From Candidatus Eiseniibacteriota bacterium (GTDB lineage Bacteria > Eisenbacteria > RBG-16-71-46), in assembly GCA_963744995.1 (NCBI GenBank), contig CAVUWA010000001.1, positions 128,001 to 192,000 on the forward strand: 64,000 nt of DNA, read 5' to 3'. The position numbers and the translations under genes were made by a program. The stretch's first letter is position 1. The number at the start of each line of letters is the position of its first letter. Positions 61,232 to 64,000 of the stretch are shown piece after piece. The notes beneath the pieces are model-generated. The model was not told where the DNA came from. It searched no databases and worked only from the letters and a program-made list of their open reading frames with translations.

Positions 61232-61825
61232 ATGCACGTGCGCCACCCGTCTCTGCCCCTCGGCCTCGCGGCCGGCCTCGTCGTCGCCCTTTCCGCCATG
61301 GCCACCGTGCCCGCCGGCGCCGCCGTCACCTACTTCACCAGCCCCCTCGACGGCGTCAGCGAATCGCCGCCCAACGCTTCGCCGGGCAGCGGCTTCGTCG
61401 AGGTGGACTTCGATCCCGCGGCGCATACGATGCGGGTCTACGTGAGCTTCGCCGACCTCATCGGCACGACGACCGCCAGCCACATTCACGGCCCCACGGC
61501 GGTCGCCGGGGCGGGAACGGCCGGCGTCGCGACCGTCACGCCGACCTTCACCGGCTTTCCCCTGGGCGTGACGTCCGGCACCTACGATCAGACCTACGAC
61601 CTGACGCTGGCGTCCAGCTACAACCCGTCGTTCATCACCGCCAACGGCGGAACGGCCGCCACCGCGGAGGCCGCGCTCTACCAGGCGCTGCTCGACGGCA
61701 AGGCGTATCTCAACGTCCACACGACGTTCGCCCCGGGCGGCGAGATCCGCGGTTTCCTCGCACAGTTCAACCCGACCCCCACGGCCGAGCAGACCTGGGG
61801 CCGGATCAAGTCGCTGTATCGGTGA
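61232..61825 (+). CDS. secreted CHRD-domain protein with C-terminal TWGxIKxxYR tail
   Basis: ESPPNASPGSG, SHIH, AYLNVHT...PGGEIRG; ends PTPTAEQTWGRIKSLYR. Confidence 0.88.
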   Translation: MHVRHPSLPLGLAAGLVVALSAMATVPAGAAVTYFTSPLDGVSESPPNASPGSGFVEVDFDPAAHTMRVYVSFADLIGTTTASHIHGPTAVAGAGTAGVATVTPTFTGFPLGVTSGTYDQTYDLTLASSYNPSFITANGGTAATAEAALYQALLDGKAYLNVHTTFAPGGEIRGFLAQFNPTPTAEQTWGRIKSLYR

Positions 61826-61864
61826 GCTGACCCGCCCGGTCACCCGGGAGATCGGCAACCGCGA

Positions 61865-61900
61865 GACGGCCGCCTTCACCCGGGGGCGGCCGTCCGTTTT
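61865..61900 (+). terminator. intrinsic terminator
   Basis: GACGGCCGCC...GGCGGCCGTC stem followed by CGTTTT. Confidence 0.65.
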
Positions 61901-61928
61901 CATCCTGCCGCCGCGTCCTGCACGCGCT

Positions 61929-62657
61929 CTACCCCGCGGCCGGCGCCGGACGCCGGATCGCTCCCCCCCGGATCAGCAGCCAGAGCGCCATCGAGAGTTC
62001 CGCGACGATCGCGGGCACGGCAACGATCGCGAGGAAGATGCCGGCGTAGCGCTCGTAGTCGGCCATGAGCACGCCGGCGAAGCTGTCGATCAGGTAGCCC
62101 GCCGCGGCCACGATCATCAGGGCCCCGAGCACCCTCGGCACGTAGCCGGATCGCCAGACCAGCACGCCGAGGAACGCGCAGTGCACGCCGAAGAACACCA
62201 GCGCGATGCGATAGCCGGCCCCGTGCGCGTCCAGACAGAGCCCGACCAGCGCGTGGGTCGGATCCGTGCCGAGGGTGCTCAGGGACTCGGCGCCGACGAC
62301 GAGCTGCAGCACGGCGAACAGCGTGAGCAGCGTCACGCCGTAGATCGTGGCATGCACCAGCCTGAACCAGGCCGCCAGCATGGAGAGGCCGTGGCTCACG
62401 GGGCGCAGCAGGACGTAGAGCGCGAGCGCCGCGATCACGTCGAACACCAGCATCAGCAGGTCGCTCGCGATGCTCACGCGGAACAGTTGCGACGAGGCCG
62501 CGATGTTCGCGGCGGTCGCCGCGGCGTCGCCCGGCACGATGAGCCGTGCGCGGATGAACATCTCGGCGAAGAGGCCGAGCGCGATGATGGCGAGGTATGC
62601 GGCCCCCGCGACTCGGGCAGCGCGCGGCAGGGACGCATCGGGGGTGGGGTCGGTCAT
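61929..62657 (-). CDS. DUF4386-family membrane protein
   Basis: ARVAGAAYL, GDAAATAANI, FFGVHC..LG.LV.RSGYVPR.LG, EL..ALWLLIRG. Confidence 0.8.
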   Translation of the reverse strand: MTDPTPDASLPRAARVAGAAYLAIIALGLFAEMFIRARLIVPGDAAATAANIAASSQLFRVSIASDLLMLVFDVIAALALYVLLRPVSHGLSMLAAWFRLVHATIYGVTLLTLFAVLQLVVGAESLSTLGTDPTHALVGLCLDAHGAGYRIALVFFGVHCAFLGVLVWRSGYVPRVLGALMIVAAAGYLIDSFAGVLMADYERYAGIFLAIVAVPAIVAELSMALWLLIRGGAIRRPAPAAG

Positions 62658-62822
62658 CCGCGATCCTCCGAGGATCGGGCGCGCGGCGAACCGTCCATCC
62701 GGAGGGCCTGCCGTTGCTCCGCGCCGACGGTGCGGCACGGCCAAGCTAGGCAGGACATGGCGAGGGGTCAAGGCGGCGCGGCGCCCGGCCGCAGGGGGCG
62801 AGCGGGCGCCGCCCGGCAGGGG

Positions 62823-64000
62823 TCACTCCGCGACGGGCGGCGCGCCCTGGGCTGCGGACTCCGCGCCGGCATCCGCCGCCGGCAGCGACGCGAAGAAGTC
62901 GCCGACCAGGTTCAGGTTTTCCTTCTCGCGCCCCCACGGCCCGCCGCCGTGCTGGCCCCACAGGGGGTCGGCGGTGACGACGACGACCATGTCGTACGGC
63001 TCGAGCAGCGCGATCACCTGCCCGCCGTGGCCCCACGCGAAGTGGAAGCGGTGCACCCCCGCGGTCGCGGACCACCACTGGTAGCCGTAGCCGATCCGGG
63101 TGAAGTGCTTCCCGATCGGATAGTGCCAGGCGTCGCTCGACACCGTGCGCAGCGAGCGTTCGACCCAGTCGGCCGGAACGAGCTGCCGTCCTTTCCAGGC
63201 GCCGTCGTTCAGGTACAGCAGCCCGAACTTCGCCATGTCGCGCGGGGTCAGATGCAGGTCGGCGTGGCCGTTGTAATAGCCGTCCCAGTCCCGGATCCAC
63301 TCGCCCATCTCGACACCCATGGGATCGAACAGCGCCGTGCGGGCCATGGTGCGCAGGTCGGTGCTGCAGGCCCGCGCCACGATCACGCCGACCAGGTGCG
63401 ACGAAAGGTTGCTGTAGTCGAAGTCGCTCCCCGGATCCCGCACCAGCGGGACGTCGACCAGGTACGAAGGCAGGAAGCCGTGGTAGAGCATCGCGAACAG
63501 CTCCTTCGAGCTCTCTTCCCACGGGTACCCCGCGCGCATCTCGAGCAGCTGCTCGATCGTGATCCGCTTCTTGCGCGGGTCCTGGATCCGGCCTGCGAGC
63601 TCGGGGAAGAAGTCCATCATCTTCTGACCCACACTCTCGAGGCAGCCCTTCTCGATGGCGATGCCGACCAGCGCCGAGGTGACGCTCTTGGTCGTGGACT
63701 GCATGCGCTGCTTCTCATCGATCGCGCCGTCGTGGAAGTAGCGCTCGGCGATCAGCCGGCCGTGCCGGACCACGAGCACCGAGCGCGTCGTCCGGGTCCG
63801 CGCGGCGCGGTAGTAGAGCGCGCCCACCCGCAGCGGATCCAGCTCCTCCGCCTCCGGCGTCGACACCGGCCAGTCGCGCCCGGGCGCCGGGGCGTACGCC
63901 ACCGCCTGGATCTCGGCCATCGAAGGCCGGCAACCGGCGATGCCGCCGGTCAGCAGGGCCACCGCCGCCGCCAGCGTGACGGTGCGGAAGAATCTCTCCG
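62823..64000 (-). CDS. serine hydrolase (beta-lactamase class C / 6-aminohexanoate-dimer hydrolase family), probable lipoprotein; start lies beyond the right edge
   Basis: STTK (SxxK), FDYSN, PRDMAKFG.LYLN.G, YGYQWW, AWGHGGQ. Confidence 0.88.
   Translation of the reverse strand, partial: ERFFRTVTLAAAVALLTGGIAGCRPSMAEIQAVAYAPAPGRDWPVSTPEAEELDPLRVGALYYRAARTRTTRSVLVVRHGRLIAERYFHDGAIDEKQRMQSTTKSVTSALVGIAIEKGCLESVGQKMMDFFPELAGRIQDPRKKRITIEQLLEMRAGYPWEESSKELFAMLYHGFLPSYLVDVPLVRDPGSDFDYSNLSSHLVGVIVARACSTDLRTMARTALFDPMGVEMGEWIRDWDGYYNGHADLHLTPRDMAKFGLLYLNDGAWKGRQLVPADWVERSLRTVSSDAWHYPIGKHFTRIGYGYQWWSATAGVHRFHFAWGHGGQVIALLEPYDMVVVVTADPLWGQHGGGPWGREKENLNLVGDFFASLPAADAGAESAAQGAPPVAE

Noticed and set aside
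62823..64000. Class C beta-lactamase resistance gene
   Set aside because: Motifs fit the broad serine hydrolase/esterase family (WGHGGQ rather than KTG); activity cannot be inferred

Overview
High-GC bacterial chromosomal window from a Gram-negative organism. The SprA-like gene, FlgD-Ig/T9SS-like C-terminal domains and the [ST]WGx[LI]KxxYR tails suggest an FCB-related candidate lineage such as Ca. Eisenbacteria; this is an inference. Positions 1-36900 are mostly housekeeping: sprA-like (partial), lptFG, comB-like, accC/pilT/accB, aroQ/aroB, an ECF sigma/anti-sigma/HtrA-like cluster, a TPR protein, an NtrC-family regulator, rnc-fabF-acpP-fabG-fabD-fabH-plsX-rpmF-yceD, ndk, sucCD, split hldE, and PPi-PFK. 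The right half carries a B1 metallo-beta-lactamase, a TlpA-DUF4266-DUF3570-ApbE module, comM with a palindromic in-frame insert, an integrase-less lower-GC island bounded by a ~456-bp duplication of the comM 3' end, and transporters. The best leads are: (1) a candidate sigma54-dependent, highly structured ~250-nt ncRNA with a repeated CCGAGGGG loop motif, complete with enhancer, IHF-like site, promoter and terminator, directly behind its putative activator; (2) a fixed-length 17-residue C-terminal motif shared by three unrelated secreted proteins, a candidate protein-sorting signal; (3) the comM-anchored island. No tRNA, rRNA, CRISPR array or integrase was recognised. All calls are from reading the sequence; no database searches were run.
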